Shown here: positions 1 to 12,041 of the stretch, piece after piece
How positions within the stretch are numbered: position 1 is the first letter of the stretch
How the letters are laid out: each line of letters begins with the position of its first letter
Source of the DNA: Eledone cirrhosa
Taxonomy: Eukaryota
Length of the DNA stretch: 64,000 nucleotides
Direction: 5' to 3'
Assembly (NCBI GenBank): GCA_964016885.1
Contig: OZ024762.1
Coordinates: 16,430,001-16,494,000, forward strand
The notes under the pieces: generated by a model
Databases searched by the model: none
What the model saw: the letters and a program-made list of their open reading frames with translations, nothing else
Told to the model about the DNA's origin: nothing
Translations under genes and position numbers: made by a program

Positions 1-73
1 AAAATGTGCAACCCTCATCTCCAGGAGTACGATGAGTTTGTACTCCTTTCCTCGCCTCCTCCTTTTCCTCAAC

Positions 74-498
74 CTACAGGTTGATATAGAGAGAAGGCCC
101 ATTCACTCGGGCCATTCTCGCCACTTTCACCCACCTTTCATAAAACTTGCTGGGGTACAGCACCTCTCTCTCCATCCTGGTGTACAGTACCTCTCTCTCC
201 ATCCTGGGGTACAGCACCTCTCTCTCCATCCTGACTCTTCTTCCAAAGTGGTATTTGAAAAAAAGAATCAGTTGTTGGCCGGAGAGAAAGGTGTCTGACC
301 TCAGCCCTTTCAACCTTGTCCACCATACAACCTCTTTCGCCATAGCTATCACACAAAGGAAAACCGCCTCTCCTTCGTTTTTGAAGGAGGGTGGCGGTTT
401 GATCATGACAATGGACTCGGTGGTCAACTGGATTGGTCCCACCCGCGACAATAGTCGTTCTACATAGCCCCACAGGTCAGTGACGCCCGGGCAGTGTT
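74..498 (-). mobile_element. Tx1/L1-clade LINE ORF2 C-terminal fragment with internal 27-bp triplication
   Basis: HCPGVTDLWGYVERLL...AMAKEVVWWTR resembles the post-RT C-terminus of L1/Tx1 ORF2. REVLY(P/T)RME is repeated three times (~152-232). The fragment abuts (TAGA)n. Confidence 0.55.
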
Positions 499-587
499 GT
501 AGATAGATAGATAGATAGATATAACAACACAATCGGTACAGTATATGGAAGGTTAACTCTTAAAATAGCAGGAAGAGGGTCTTAACG

Positions 588-689
<102 letters not shown>

Positions 690-1387
690 CGAAGAGGGTG
701 TGGTAAGAAACCAGGTGGACCATACCATACCCGAGTACTCAATACTTAGGGTAGTAGAGTGGGTAATATGAAAAGAGTCAGGACCCCAGCACTGCTGGCT
801 TAGTTCGGATCTAGCTCAGCCGTCGGGGTCCTGACTCTTTTCATATATATATATATATCTTTACAAACATACATGGTGTTTAATTATTGTTGATAAAAAA
901 TAAAAAAAATTGACAAAATTCGACTCCAAAACGAAAAAAATAATATAACAAAAAAATTAAGTAAATTTTGTTTTTTAATCTTCAAACATTAAAAACAATT
1001 TTAAAAACTGACTTTTGAAAAAAATGTCTTATTTAAACTGTCAATACATTATTTAAATAGTCTTTTTTTTTTTTATTATTTTATTCTTTTTTTAAAAGAA
1101 GTTGTTATTTTTTTGGAAATCCATATTAAAATTTATATTCAGCGTTGAGTTTTGAATTTGGTGGGGTGTGTCTCTGTGTGTATATAACGGCTCATGGTGG
1201 TGGTGGTGGTGGTGTATGTGTGTGTGTGTGGTGGTGTATGGTGGTGGTGGTGTATGTGAGAAAAATAGCGAAGTCCTTGGTAAAACAATAACGACAGTAT
1301 CTGATCCCTAATTCCTGGTGGAGTCGTGAGATTCTGTTTGTATTGGCTGACTCAACCTGGTTAAGCTCATCCCTCTTTCTTTAATAA

Positions 1388-1722
1388 TGATTTCTACTTT
1401 AGTCACAAGGCCAACAAGTCGATTAAATCGATACCAGTGTATTACTGGTACTTTATTTTATCGACCATGTAAGGACGAAAGGCAAAAGTAGCCTCGGCGG
1501 GATTTGAACTCAGGACGTAAAGGTAATAATAATTGTTTCTACTTTTGGCACAAGGCCAGCAATTACCCCAGTGCATTACTGGTACTTTATTTTATCGACC
1601 CCGTAAGGATGAAAGGCAAAGTTAACCTCGGCGGGATTTGAACTCAAACCATAAAGGGGCGTAACTCTTTGCTGCAAAGCATAGCGTCAGACCCTCTACC
1701 GATACTGCCAATCCACCGCCCC
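1388..1722 (-). mobile_element. Two adjacent tRNA-derived SINE copies (family A), downstream of the Dmrt2 stop
   Basis: Reverse complement of GGCGGTGGATTGGCAGTATCGGTAGAGG...GAGTTCAAATCCCGCCGAGGTTAACTTTGCCTTTCATCC...GTGCCAAAAGTAGAAAC (A-box and B-box present). Confidence 0.85.
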
Positions 1723-1755
1723 TAAAGGTAATAATAATAGTAACAATTTCACCAT

Positions 1756-2437
1756 TTATTTGCCAATCAATGCAGCCACAGAGAACTTAAGCGGGATTTT
1801 CGTGCGCTCCGTCGTAAACGCACTCTCTGTCCGGGATTCCATTTTAAACGAACTAATTTCTCCTTCTGAACGACTCTCGTTTATAATTGAAACCGTGTCC
1901 TGCACTTTAGATCGATTTAGTGGCCTCACTAAACACTGGAAAGCAGATCTTCTCTGTAACAGTTCATCCGTTGTTATAAGTTTCCTCATGCTGCTTAGAC
2001 CGTTTTTACCAATAGTTGTGACCAAGGCGAGAGGGGTTTGACCAAGGTTAGAGGAGGAAGACGACGATAAGGACGATAAGACACAATCATCGGGAGACAC
2101 TCTACCAGCTTCGTTGTGACGTTTGGCGGCGTTCTGTGACATTTCGTCGTTAATTCTGGAAGAAGTTTCCGTAGATGTGTGAAAACAACCGGTGTAGTAG
2201 CTGTCACAATTTCTATGTTCATCGTCCAACCAGTTGGGATCATCGTGGTTCGTCGATGAATATAAATTCAAGGACAGAAACTGATAGTTCAGTTTCTGTT
2301 GAGCCGCACTTCGCAATTGTAGAAGAGGTCTTTCTGTGGACAGAGAAGAGGACAGGGTCGACGTCAACGGAGGGGACGACACAACGCATGAAGAGGTAGA
2401 GGTGGGAGAGGATGAGGATAATGATAATGACGATGAC

Positions 2438-2474
<37 letters not shown>

Positions 2475-3467
2475 GCGAGGAGGAGGAGAAGGAGGAGGGT
2501 AAAACATCCGCTGGACACTTGGATGTCAGTGGGGGCGGCGAAGAGGTGGTGGATTGTACTCTGCAGGTCAAAGATAACGAAGGGGAAGCAGAAGACGGCT
2601 GTGGTTGTGGTTGTGGTGGTGGTGGTGGTGGTGGGGCGCTGGTAACGCTGGACGAAAGGAGCGGTGGCGGCGGTGGTGGTGGTGGTGGTGGTGGTGAAGA
2701 TGACGACGACGACGGTGGTGGTTGTGGTGGTGGTGGTGGCAAGGGTGAATTCAAATATATCGGCTGGTCTGAATTGAAAGGCAGCACGTGAAACGGGTAA
2801 TGGACGGAGCAGGTTTCGATCAGTTGACTGAGGGTGGCCGGACAATATCCTGACGAGGTCATGAGGTCGGAATTGTTGGCTGCAGCAAGCACAAGACTTG
2901 ACTTGATTCCGGTAGCGAGTTGTTCAATCGCTCGCTCTAAACTACCACCGCATCCTTGCCACACTAGTTCCAATAGATGAGGGTTCAAGGCTGGGAAAAT
3001 TCTCCCTAAGAATTCTTTCGGCGTTTGGATGGGTCCTTCGTGTAACTGTTGTTGTTGTTGCTGTTGTTGTTGTTGTTGTTGCTGTTGTTGTTGTTGTTGT
3101 TGTCGTTGCTGTTTTTCTTGTTGCTGTCGTTGATGATGCTGATGATGTTGCTGATGCTGACGTGTTCCAGGATCGTTTTCTACGACATAGCTCTGCAAGG
3201 TATTGCTGACCATAGGAAAATGTAAAGTCCCAACTGCAGAAAGTGCAGCAGCAGCAGCAGCAGCAGCAGCACTTGCGGTTGCAGCGCCCCCTGCAGTGTT
3301 TGGTGTTGATTTGGCCACAATTTCAGCCTGTTGTTCCCTCTGGTACATAACCACTTCTAGTTCTTTGTCAGCAAAACATCTCCTCTTGCGCATTCGTTCG
3401 TTCATGTAGGGCAAGACACCTCGAATGTTCTCGGAAGAAGGCAGGCACTGTAGCCGGGAACGGTAAC
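1756..3467 (-). CDS. Dmrt2: Dmrt2-type gene, last coding exon (DMRT2 conserved block, DMA-like domain, Q/P/S runs, eh1-like end)
   Basis: Acceptor ttctAG|GT is phase-compatible with exon 2 (A|GT=Ser). Encodes ERMRKRRCFADKELEVVMYQRE (cf. DMRT2 DRMRKRRAFADKELENIMLERE), PKEFLGRIFP...LELVWQGCGGSLERAIEQL (DMA-like) and PLKFSVAALIGK; stop TAA at 1758-1756. Joined CDS 779+179+1712=2670 nt. Confidence 0.9.
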
Positions 3468-3491
3468 CTAGAATAATAATAATCATCATTT

Positions 3492-3840
3492 ATTTATTAG
3501 TGACCACAAGGGCCGAACATAGAGGACAATACAAAAAGACGGGGACAGTGGGGGGGGGGGGCTATAATATCGAGTAAAAAAATTAATAAAACAATTAATA
3601 AAAAAAAAATCAACAGAATTTCCCAATAGGGGGGTGTAGGGGGGGGGGGGGGGTACCACCCAGGGTTGAGGTTAAGAACCCCACAAATCCCAACCCACCC
3701 TCCTCTCCTAGAGCACCTTAGGAGGGCGACCCTCTCTCCCTCCATCTTTCCAGCCTACAGGCGCATGTTCAGAGCAGGCCCATTCACACGGCCCATGCTC
3801 ACCACTTTCACTCAGCTTTCAACAAAATGGTTGGAAGTCC
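3492..3840 (-). mobile_element. 3' end of the same Tx1-like LINE family (intron 2 of Dmrt2)
   Basis: GGCCCATTCACACGGCCCATGCTCACCACTTTCAC matches 96-130. The tail ...TTGTATTGTCC...TGTGG(T/C)..TAATAAA recurs at ~7034-7080 (+) and 63950-64000 (-). Confidence 0.5.
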
Positions 3841-3877
3841 CCCCCCCCCGATTTTCCTCTTCAATAATAATGATAAT

Positions 3878-4382
3878 AATTGTTTCTGCTTTTGGCACAA
3901 GGCCTGCAATTACCCCAGTACATTACTGGTACTTCATTTTATCGACCCCGTAAGGATGAAAGACAGAGTTAACCTCGGCGAGATTTGAACCCAGAACGTA
4001 AAGGGCCATAACTCTATGCCACCAAGCATCGCTCTACCGACTCTACCAATCCAATCCCCTAATATAATAATGATTGTTTCTACTTTTGGCACAAGGCCAG
4101 CAATTACCCAGTACATTACTGGTACTTTATTTTATCGACCCCGTAAGGATGAAAGGCAAAGTTTAACCTCGGCGGGATTTGAACTCAGATCGTAAAGGGA
4201 GGTAACTCTATGCCACGAAATAATAATAATAATAACAATGGTTCATACTATTGGCAGAAGGCCAGCCATTTTAGGGGAGGGGAGGGGGAGTCTGTTATAT
4301 CGACCTCAGTATTTTACTGGTACGCGAGAAACATGAAAAGCAAAGTTGACCTTGGCAGGATTTGAAGTCAGAACGTAAAGAA
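3878..4382 (-). mobile_element. Cluster of three family-A SINE copies
   Basis: Same B-box and body at ~3878-4058, 4072-4218 and 4240-4382. Confidence 0.8.
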
Positions 4383-4424
4383 CTGTAAGAAAAATAACGA
4401 CACTCTACCGATTTTTCTTCTCCT

Positions 4425-5120
4425 CCTCCACCAGCACCGCCACCACCACCATCACCATCACCATCACCATCACCACCACCACCACCACATCCCCCTTCAC
4501 CACCACCACCATCACCACCACCACCACCATCACCATCACCACCACCACCAACACCGCCACCACCGCCTTCATCACCACTACCACCACCAACACCGCCACC
4601 ATCACCACAACTACCGCCACCACCACAACCACCGCCATCACCACCACCACCACCACATCCTCCTTCACCACCGCCACCACCACCACCACCGCCATCATCA
4701 CCACTACCACCACCAACACCGCCACCATGACCATGACCATCACCACCACCACCACTAACACCACCGCCACCACCACAACCACCGCCATCACCACCACCAC
4801 CACCACATCCTCCTTCACCACCGCCACCACCACCACCACCGCCATCATCACCACTACCACCACCAACACCGCCACCATGACCATGACCATCACCACAACT
4901 ACCGCCACCACCACAACCACCGCCATCACCACCACCACCACCACATCCTCCTTCACCACCGCCACCACCACCACCACCGCCATCATCACCACTACCACCA
5001 CCAACACCGCCACCATGACCATGACCATCACCACCACCACCACTAACACCACCGCCACCACCACAACCACCGCCATCACCACCACCACCGCCATCACCGC
5101 CGCCACATCCCCCACCACCT
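4425..5120. repeat. (ACC)-rich minisatellite with higher-order duplications
   Basis: CACCAC matrix with recurring ACATCCTCCTTC and CATGACCATGACC markers. Confidence 0.85.
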
Positions 5121-5241
5121 TCTCTCTGAGTTCAAATCCCACAGTGGCCAACTTTGTCTCTCACCGTTTCAAGGCGGATTAAAAGAAAGCACTCGACCAG
5201 TACTGAAGTCGATACTTTCTCTTTATCTCTTTCTAACTTCC

Positions 5242-5303
<62 letters not shown>

Positions 5304-5552
5304 ACACACACACACACATTCTCTTTCTCTCTCTCTCTCTCTCTTCTTGAAGAAACCGGCTGTGTTCAGGCGCTGGAGAGGAGATACGTTCCACCAGGTT
5401 TTAAAATTGTACCCCACTACTACTACCCCCCACCCCACCCCACCCCAAAACGAGTATACCCGTACGGTGCCCTGACGACTCCACAAGGGGTTACGGGTCC
5501 ATAGTCAGAGGACATGCAGCGTCTAAACATACAAAGACAGTAGAAATCTTAC

Positions 5553-5731
5553 TGGATAGTATTTCTCGGGAGAGGGTATGTTGTTGTAAATGGCGCAGAT
5601 TGCGATGGAGTAATTTCCGTTGTTGGAGCAGACTGGCTGCATTCTTTCCTCTGTTCTTCATATTGTTGTTGGTGTTGTTGCTGTTGTTGTTGTTGTTGCT
5701 GTTGTTGCTGTTCACCTCAGTTGCTTGATGC
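5553..5731 (-). CDS. Dmrt2: Dmrt2-type gene, second coding exon
   Basis: Acceptor tattgtcAG|G completes Arg, then HQATEVNSNN...LLQQRKLLHRNLRHLQQHTLSREILS. This continues the ALRR(Q/H)QATE motif of DMRT2. Donor A|GTAAGA at 5552, phase 1. Confidence 0.88.
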
Positions 5732-5809
5732 CTGACAATAAAGAGAATATAGTCATAGATGCGTGCATCATCCCTCTTCCCTACCCTTTCGCCCTTTCCC
5801 TCCCTCTAG

Positions 5810-5887
<78 letters not shown>

Positions 5888-5909
5888 ACACACACTCACA
5901 TATATATGG

Positions 5910-6126
5910 ATCGATCGACTTTCGTCAAATCGGACCGAGGAAACAATGTTTCCGTTGGTCTTTCCAGTTGCTAGTACTATCTATCGGTCGCAACTCCAGG
6001 TAGAAGGAGCAACGTGAAATAAAGTGTCTTGCTCAAGGACATAACGCATCGCCCGGTCCAGGAATCGAACTCACAACCTCAAGATTGTGAATCCAATTCT
6101 CTAACCACTCAGCCACACGCCTTCAC
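5910..6126 (-). mobile_element. tRNA-derived SINE, family B
   Basis: Minus strand: GGCGTGTGGCTGAGTGGTTAGAG...GTGAGTTCGATTCCTGGACC...GTCCTTGAGCAAGACACTTTATTTCACGTTGCTCC. Related copies at ~45455-45535 (+), 50163-50360 (-), 55085-55130 (-) and 63105-63195 (+). Confidence 0.8.
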
Positions 6127-6135
6127 ATATATATA

Positions 6136-6209
6136 TACAGAGGATATCACAAAAAATGTATACTTAGAATGCTGTTGAAGTGTGTATACATTTTTTGGGA
6201 CACCCTATA
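6136..6209. mobile_element. Small Tc1/mariner-type MITE
   Basis: Imperfect TIRs TA-CAGAGGATATCACAAAAAATGTATAC / GTATACATTTTTTGGGACACCCTA-TA in a TA context. Confidence 0.6.
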
Positions 6210-6212
6210 TAA

Positions 6213-6246
<34 letters not shown>

Positions 6247-6718
6247 GTAGCAAGTCGATGGACTTTCGTCAAATCGGACCGAGGAAACAATGTGGTTTTT
6301 CTCAGATGTGAGAAAAACTACAGACCCTCCATCTCAACTCTACTTTTGAATAGCAGAAGAACTGCGAAACCGGTAAAGGAACCAGAGAAAACATCACGGG
6401 CGCTCTATCTCAAAATTATTTTTGAAAAGCTTTAGAAATGCGCAACCGGTAAACACTTAAAACTAAAACTGAATACTAACCAATACTTATTACTAATTTT
6501 TACTTATTCCTAATTAAACTATTTTTCACTGGGAACAATTTGTCACCATTTTCTTTTCCTTTTACTAATATATATATATATATATATCGGATGATTATGG
6601 TTTTATTAAAAACTGAACATTAAGGATGATAAAGCGGAAATGTTACTTCTAAAAGTTGAGAATACGTGCCTTTGTCAACAATACCTATGAAACTGCCAGT
6701 TTCTTAAATATCCAATCT

Positions 6719-6781
<63 letters not shown>

Positions 6782-7156
6782 AATATGAGTAACTGTGTAA
6801 TGTATGGCAATTCACGTTAGTGTAAAATGAATATATGAAATAAAAAGTGGAAGAAGCAGCTTACAGATTAATTGTCCTCAACGTGGTCGGTGGAGTGAAA
6901 TAACATAAGTGTCTATCTATCTATCTATCTATCTATATATCTATCTATCCCTCTATTGGGGAAAAATCGACTAACTTTTTAAATTCCATTTGTGATAACA
7001 TTTTACACGTTTTTATTGTATGTAAACTTCCCCCTTTGTATTTGTCCCCTTCTTTTGTGCCCCTGTGGCTAATAAAGAAATATATCTATCTATCTATCTA
7101 TCAATAAATAAATAAATAAAGAAAAAGAAACATATCTATCTATCTATCTATCGATC

Positions 7157-7188
<32 letters not shown>

Positions 7189-7612
7189 CTTTTCCTGGGT
7201 CCTGTATTTTCGTTGCTCTAGTGATGCGGCTGGACTGCCGAACGCTATATCTGATTTGCTAAGCTGTCTGAACGTATTGTTATTACTCTGGGGTTCTTTT
7301 CCCCATCCGGGTGCTAAAGCTACAGACCGATTCTGCATTCGTTAGCTTGGCCGTGTTCTAAAGCTTCGTTAATGGTGTACTAAAATTTATATATATATAT
7401 ATATATATATGCATGCATGTACGTATGTGACTATATATGTATCTATGTCTTTATAACAGTATATCTAGCAGACGTTAATGGTAGCAGTAGCCCAGGCTGC
7501 TGGGCTGTCAACAGCTTACACCCATCAATGACACCTTCAGATTTTATTACCGACAACTCTAATTGATTGTTTAATTTTACTGTCAAAACCAATCAAACAA
7601 CACAACAGTTAG

Positions 7613-7703
<91 letters not shown>

Positions 7704-7816
7704 CACTTACAAACACAACAGTTAGTCACACACACACACACTCTCCCTCTCTCGCACTCTCCCACTAACCGTCTGTTCCATTCATACATACATACATACA
7801 TACATACATACATACA

Positions 7817-7874
<58 letters not shown>

Positions 7875-8107
7875 CATACATATATATATACAATCATACA
7901 TATATACATACATATATATATATATACATACACACATCCATCCATACATACACAAACATACACAGACATATGTACACACATACACACGCAGATAGATACA
8001 TATGCACACACACATATACATACATACACATACACACACACACACATATATATATACATATGCATATACACAATCACACATACATACATACATACATACA
8101 TACATAC

Positions 8108-8515
8108 ATTCCTGTGATTATTGGGGCACTGGGATATGTTAGTAACTGCCTCAATACAAATCTTGAGAAGCTGGGCTTCACAGGAACAGAAAGAACACAA
8201 CTAGTTAGGAAATTACAAGTACAATCCATTAATGGAACAGTAAAAATATGTAAAACATTCCAAAAACTTTGCATCTAATAACTGCATATACACATGTACA
8301 GATACAAAGCATATACACATGCACACATACAACTCAAAACATACACATCCACACATACAATAACATCCATATCTACACATGCATGCATGCAGACATACAT
8401 ACATATCTACCTAGTTGATGTTGTGTAAATTCCAATGAGAGAGTCTTGTGTCTATGTTAGAAACCGACTCTCTCTCTATTGGTAAAACTTTGTGAAATTA
8501 TAAAACCAGAAGAAC
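8108..8515 (+). mobile_element. 5'-truncated RLE-type (R4/Dong-like) LINE 3' end in (TACA)n
   Basis: IPVIIGALGYV...LVRKLQVQSINGTVKICKTF matches the end of the restriction-like endonuclease domain; (CATA)n on both sides. Confidence 0.65.
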
Positions 8516-8527
8516 ATACATACATAC

Positions 8528-9115
8528 ATGGTGGCTGCCAACTCGTTTTCGAGTACGGCCACTACTTTATATCCATGTAGGAGAACTCCTACCGATGCGC
8601 TGAACGAGTGTGACTTTTTAGTCCAGCCAGCGACTTGAAAAGTCTGGTACAAACAGTACACTTGTGACAATTACTGACACATAGTGCTGGGCCCATGGTA
8701 CCATGTGACGACAAGTGCAAAGAGATCTCAAGATATAAAGCAATGCCTGTGCTGTGAAGCTTTTATAGTGAGCAAAGGCACTGCACAAAGCCAGTCCCAC
8801 TCTCTTAACCAAGATGATATTTACCAAAAAGAAGAACAAGTCAACATCATTGGATACCATCAGAGTTGCAGGTGTTATATCAGAGTTTTCCTTCTCCTAG
8901 AATTCTGCCTTGACAAAGGCTAAGGGGTCATCTCTCCCGGTGATTTTGGATGGCCATTGACTCTTAAGAGCTTTTTTGCCCTTTGACAGGTTTTGTTTTT
9001 AGTCCTGCAGGATGTCCAAAGTCAAACTCCTCACCAAGAAACCTTGGCGGGGTTGTCAGTTTAGTCGCCAACGACCCGACCATGAGACAGGTTGTACTGG
9101 GATACATGTTACCAG

Positions 9116-9117
<2 letters not shown>
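8528..9117 (-). mobile_element. ~600-bp non-coding repeat with an RTE-like leader (intron 1 copy)
   Basis: Near-identical to 23290-23723, 35903-36169 and 37013-37623; contains CTAGGAGAAGGAAAACTCTGATA; flanked by (TACA)n. Confidence 0.75.
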
Positions 9118-9146
<29 letters not shown>

Positions 9147-9202
9147 CATACATACATAGATACATACATACAGATATACCAAACATAAGGAAAGATTTTT
9201 AC

Positions 9203-9981
9203 CTTCTAAGCGCCACCTGAGCCGCCATAACTCTCTGTCGTTCCACAACCAATAGACAGTTGGCACATTGACAGTCGCGCCACCTACAGTATCGCTTATG
9301 TCCCTTTAGACACGACACTACACCGTGGTTTCGACAACGGGCACATTTCGGTGTCCGCAATAAACGGCGGACTGAGGCAACGGAAGTGACTGAATGTTGT
9401 CTGAAAGGCGCCGTCATCGTCTTCAACTGACTTCCGTCAATGGGACACAAGTCCGCTATTTTGTTGGTGGGATTTACGGGATACAAGTCCGCCATTTTGT
9501 TGGTTGAATTTACAGGACAGACGTCCGCCATTTTGTTGGTGGGATTTACAGGATATACGTCGGCCATTTTGTTGGTGGGATTTAAGGGACAGACGTCCGC
9601 CATTTTGTTGGCTTGAATTAACAAGGGTCTTGCAAGTTTCCTTTGATTCAATGACGACGGCGGCGGCAGCGAAGTTGTTGTCGTTGTTGATGTTAATATT
9701 GTTGTTGATGCTGATGATGATGATGATGATAGTAACAACGATGATGAGGATACAGACGATAACGACGACGACGATGACGATGATGATGATGGTGACGATG
9801 AGGAGGAGGAGGGAGAGGATGAAGACGATAACGACGGCGATGTTGAATGAGGTGACAATGACGTCACGACTGGCGGCGGCTGGTGTTTTCCGTTTCGGTA
9901 AGTGTAAATCGAACTGTTTGACATTCTGTTGCCATAGTTACCAGTCCTTATGCAGTTTTCTGGTCTACATTTCACCTCCAT
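9203..9981 (-). CDS. Dmrt2: Dmrt2/Dmrt11E-type DM-domain transcription factor, first coding exon (contains the DM domain)
   Basis: Encodes [51 protein letters not shown], a DM domain essentially matching the DMRT2/Dmrt11E type. ATG at 9981-9979; acceptor ttttcAG at 9996-9995 (exon starts 9994); donor AG|GTAAAA at 9202, phase 2. Confidence 0.93.
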
Positions 9982-10084
9982 GTTGGACCGATAACTGAAA
10001 ATATTGAAAACAAAAAACAAGATTAAAAAAAAATCTATAATAAAATGTCCTTTTTTTAAAAAATTATGTAATATTCATTCATTC

Positions 10085-10620
10085 GCCGAGGTTAACTTTG
10101 CCTTTCATCCTTATGGGGTCGATAAAATAAAGTACCAGTAATGTACTGGGTAATTGCTGGCCTTGTGCCTAAAATAGAAACAATTATTTATTCAAAGCGC
10201 CGAGGTTAACTTTGCCTTTCATCCTTTCGGGGTCGATAAAATAAAGTACCAGTAATGTACTGGGTAATTGCTGGCCTTGTGCCTAAAATAGAAACAATTA
10301 TTTATTCAAAGCGCCGAGGTTAACTTTGCCTTTCATCCTTTCGGGGTCGATAAAATAAAGTACCTGTAATACACTGGGTAATTGCTGGCCTTGTGCCAAA
10401 TGTAGAAACAATTATTTATTCAAAGTGCGGTGGATTGGCAGTATTGGGAGAGGGTCGGACGCCATGCTTTGACGTATAGAGTTACGGCCCTTGCCATTCT
10501 GAGTTCAAATCCCGCCGAGGTTAACTTTGCCTTTCATCCTTACGGGGTCGATAAAATAAAGTACCAGTAATGCACTGGGTAATTGCTGGCCTTGTGCCTA
10601 ACGTAGAAACAATTATTTAT
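10085..10620 (+). mobile_element. Family-A SINE array: three tandem 3' halves (~114-bp period) plus one full copy
   Basis: CGCCGAGGTTAACTTTGCC...TAGAAACAATTATTTATTCAAAG repeated at ~10085, 10198 and 10312; full copy ~10427-10620. Confidence 0.85.
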
Positions 10621-10649
10621 TCAAAGTTAGCGAACAGCCTCATTATGCT

Positions 10650-11222
10650 ATGTTTCTTTTAGATAACTATTGTGACAATGGGATCGATGAGTTAATATCT
10701 GTATGCAACAACTACAACGGTACGCGATGGGGCCCACCCACAGCCCCGGCGGACAGAATGGAGAAGGCGTTTCGCCGGAGGACGGCAAGGGAGACGCGCT
10801 GGAAAAGCCACTCCAACTCGCGGGGCTCACACCTGCGGCTGGCCAGCTCAGCGCCTATGGTGGTGAGTAAGGAGGTAGCCCTGGGGCCGAGAACACCAGA
10901 AGTCTCCACTGCCAGGGGTACAACCGCAAACCTGTCGGAGAGCGACCGGTATGTGAGGAGTTTGGCCTCCTCATCCCGATGTGCAGCAGAACCTGGGTCG
11001 GTCGCAGACTGCACCAGGTTGCGGCTGCAGAAAGTGTCGGTGCAAGTGGCATCCCAGACGAGGGGTTTGCCACCGCGGAACGGGAAGATGGTCATGCCAT
11101 CTGGCCTTTTGCCGTCCCCTCGATCCAGCCCCACCGGCTCGAGTTGGGGAGGGAAGCCTGCAGCGTCCAAGCCATGCTTAATGACCTCGTTGAGGGCAGC
11201 ATGGCGTGGTATGCGGCCGGCA
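10650..11222 (-). mobile_element. CRE-clade LINE fragment (restriction-like endonuclease domain)
   Basis: GC-rich island encoding EPVGLDRGDGKRPDGMTIFPF...VWDATCTDT...EEAKLLTY...VPLAVETSGVLG...LFQRVSLAVLRRNA (PD-D/E-K-type RLE signature). Confidence 0.75.
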
Positions 11223-11545
11223 AGTTAACTTGAAGCATTGTATATACATGAAAGTGAGGCTGGAAAAGGAAGAAGGAAAGGAAAAATAAATTAAATTTTT
11301 TTTCCTTTCCTTCTTCCTTTTCCAGCCTCACTTTCATATAGATTGCATTTTTTTTTTTTAAATCCAACGCCAATAAATACACCAGGATTTTTTCATTCTG
11401 ATGATTGAAAGCAAATTTTTTTTTGCTTTTAAGAAACCACTGGTAAATGAAATAATTGCCTTATGTTGTTTATTACATAACTATTAAGCTCTGTTACCTA
11501 CATAGAGCACTCTTTTTTCCTGGACTTTTCCGACGGAATTACTTC

Positions 11546-11605
<60 letters not shown>

Positions 11606-11667
11606 ATCAACACGGGTTCAATCGGGAGTAACCACAGTAAGGTACTCAATACATTAGTAGAGTACAT

Positions 11668-11853
11668 AATTGTTTCTACTTTAGGCACACGGCCAGCAAT
11701 TACCCAGTTCATTACTGGTACTTTATTTTATCGACCCCGTAAGGATGAAAGGCAAAGTCAACCTTGGCGGGATTTGAACTCAGATCGTAAAGGGACGTAA
11801 CTATGCTGGAAAGCATGGCGTCCGACCCTCTACCGATACTGCCAATCCACCGC
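11668..11853 (-). mobile_element. Family-A SINE
   Basis: Full-length match to the family-A consensus. Further copies at 26861-27052 (-), 42181-42370 (+), 51232-51418 (-) and 63751-63888 (-). Confidence 0.85.
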
Positions 11854-11926
11854 ACTTGGTATGTATATAATGTTTGATATAGAAATGGCTTCTACAGGAC
11901 TAGAACTGTTTCATTCGAAGCAAATC

Positions 11927-11964
<38 letters not shown>

Positions 11965-12008
11965 ATGATTTGGTTCGAATGAAACAGTTCTAGTCCTGTA
12001 GAGGTCTT

Positions 12009-12041
<33 letters not shown>

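Noticed and set aside
2336-2791. Antisense Asp/Gly-rich ORF
   Set aside because: Shadow of the Ser/Pro-rich Dmrt2 exon on the opposite strand.
4405-5182. Poly-Val / poly-Thr mucin-like ORFs
   Set aside because: Intronic (ACC)n minisatellite; Dmrt2 exons 2 and 3 join in frame without it.
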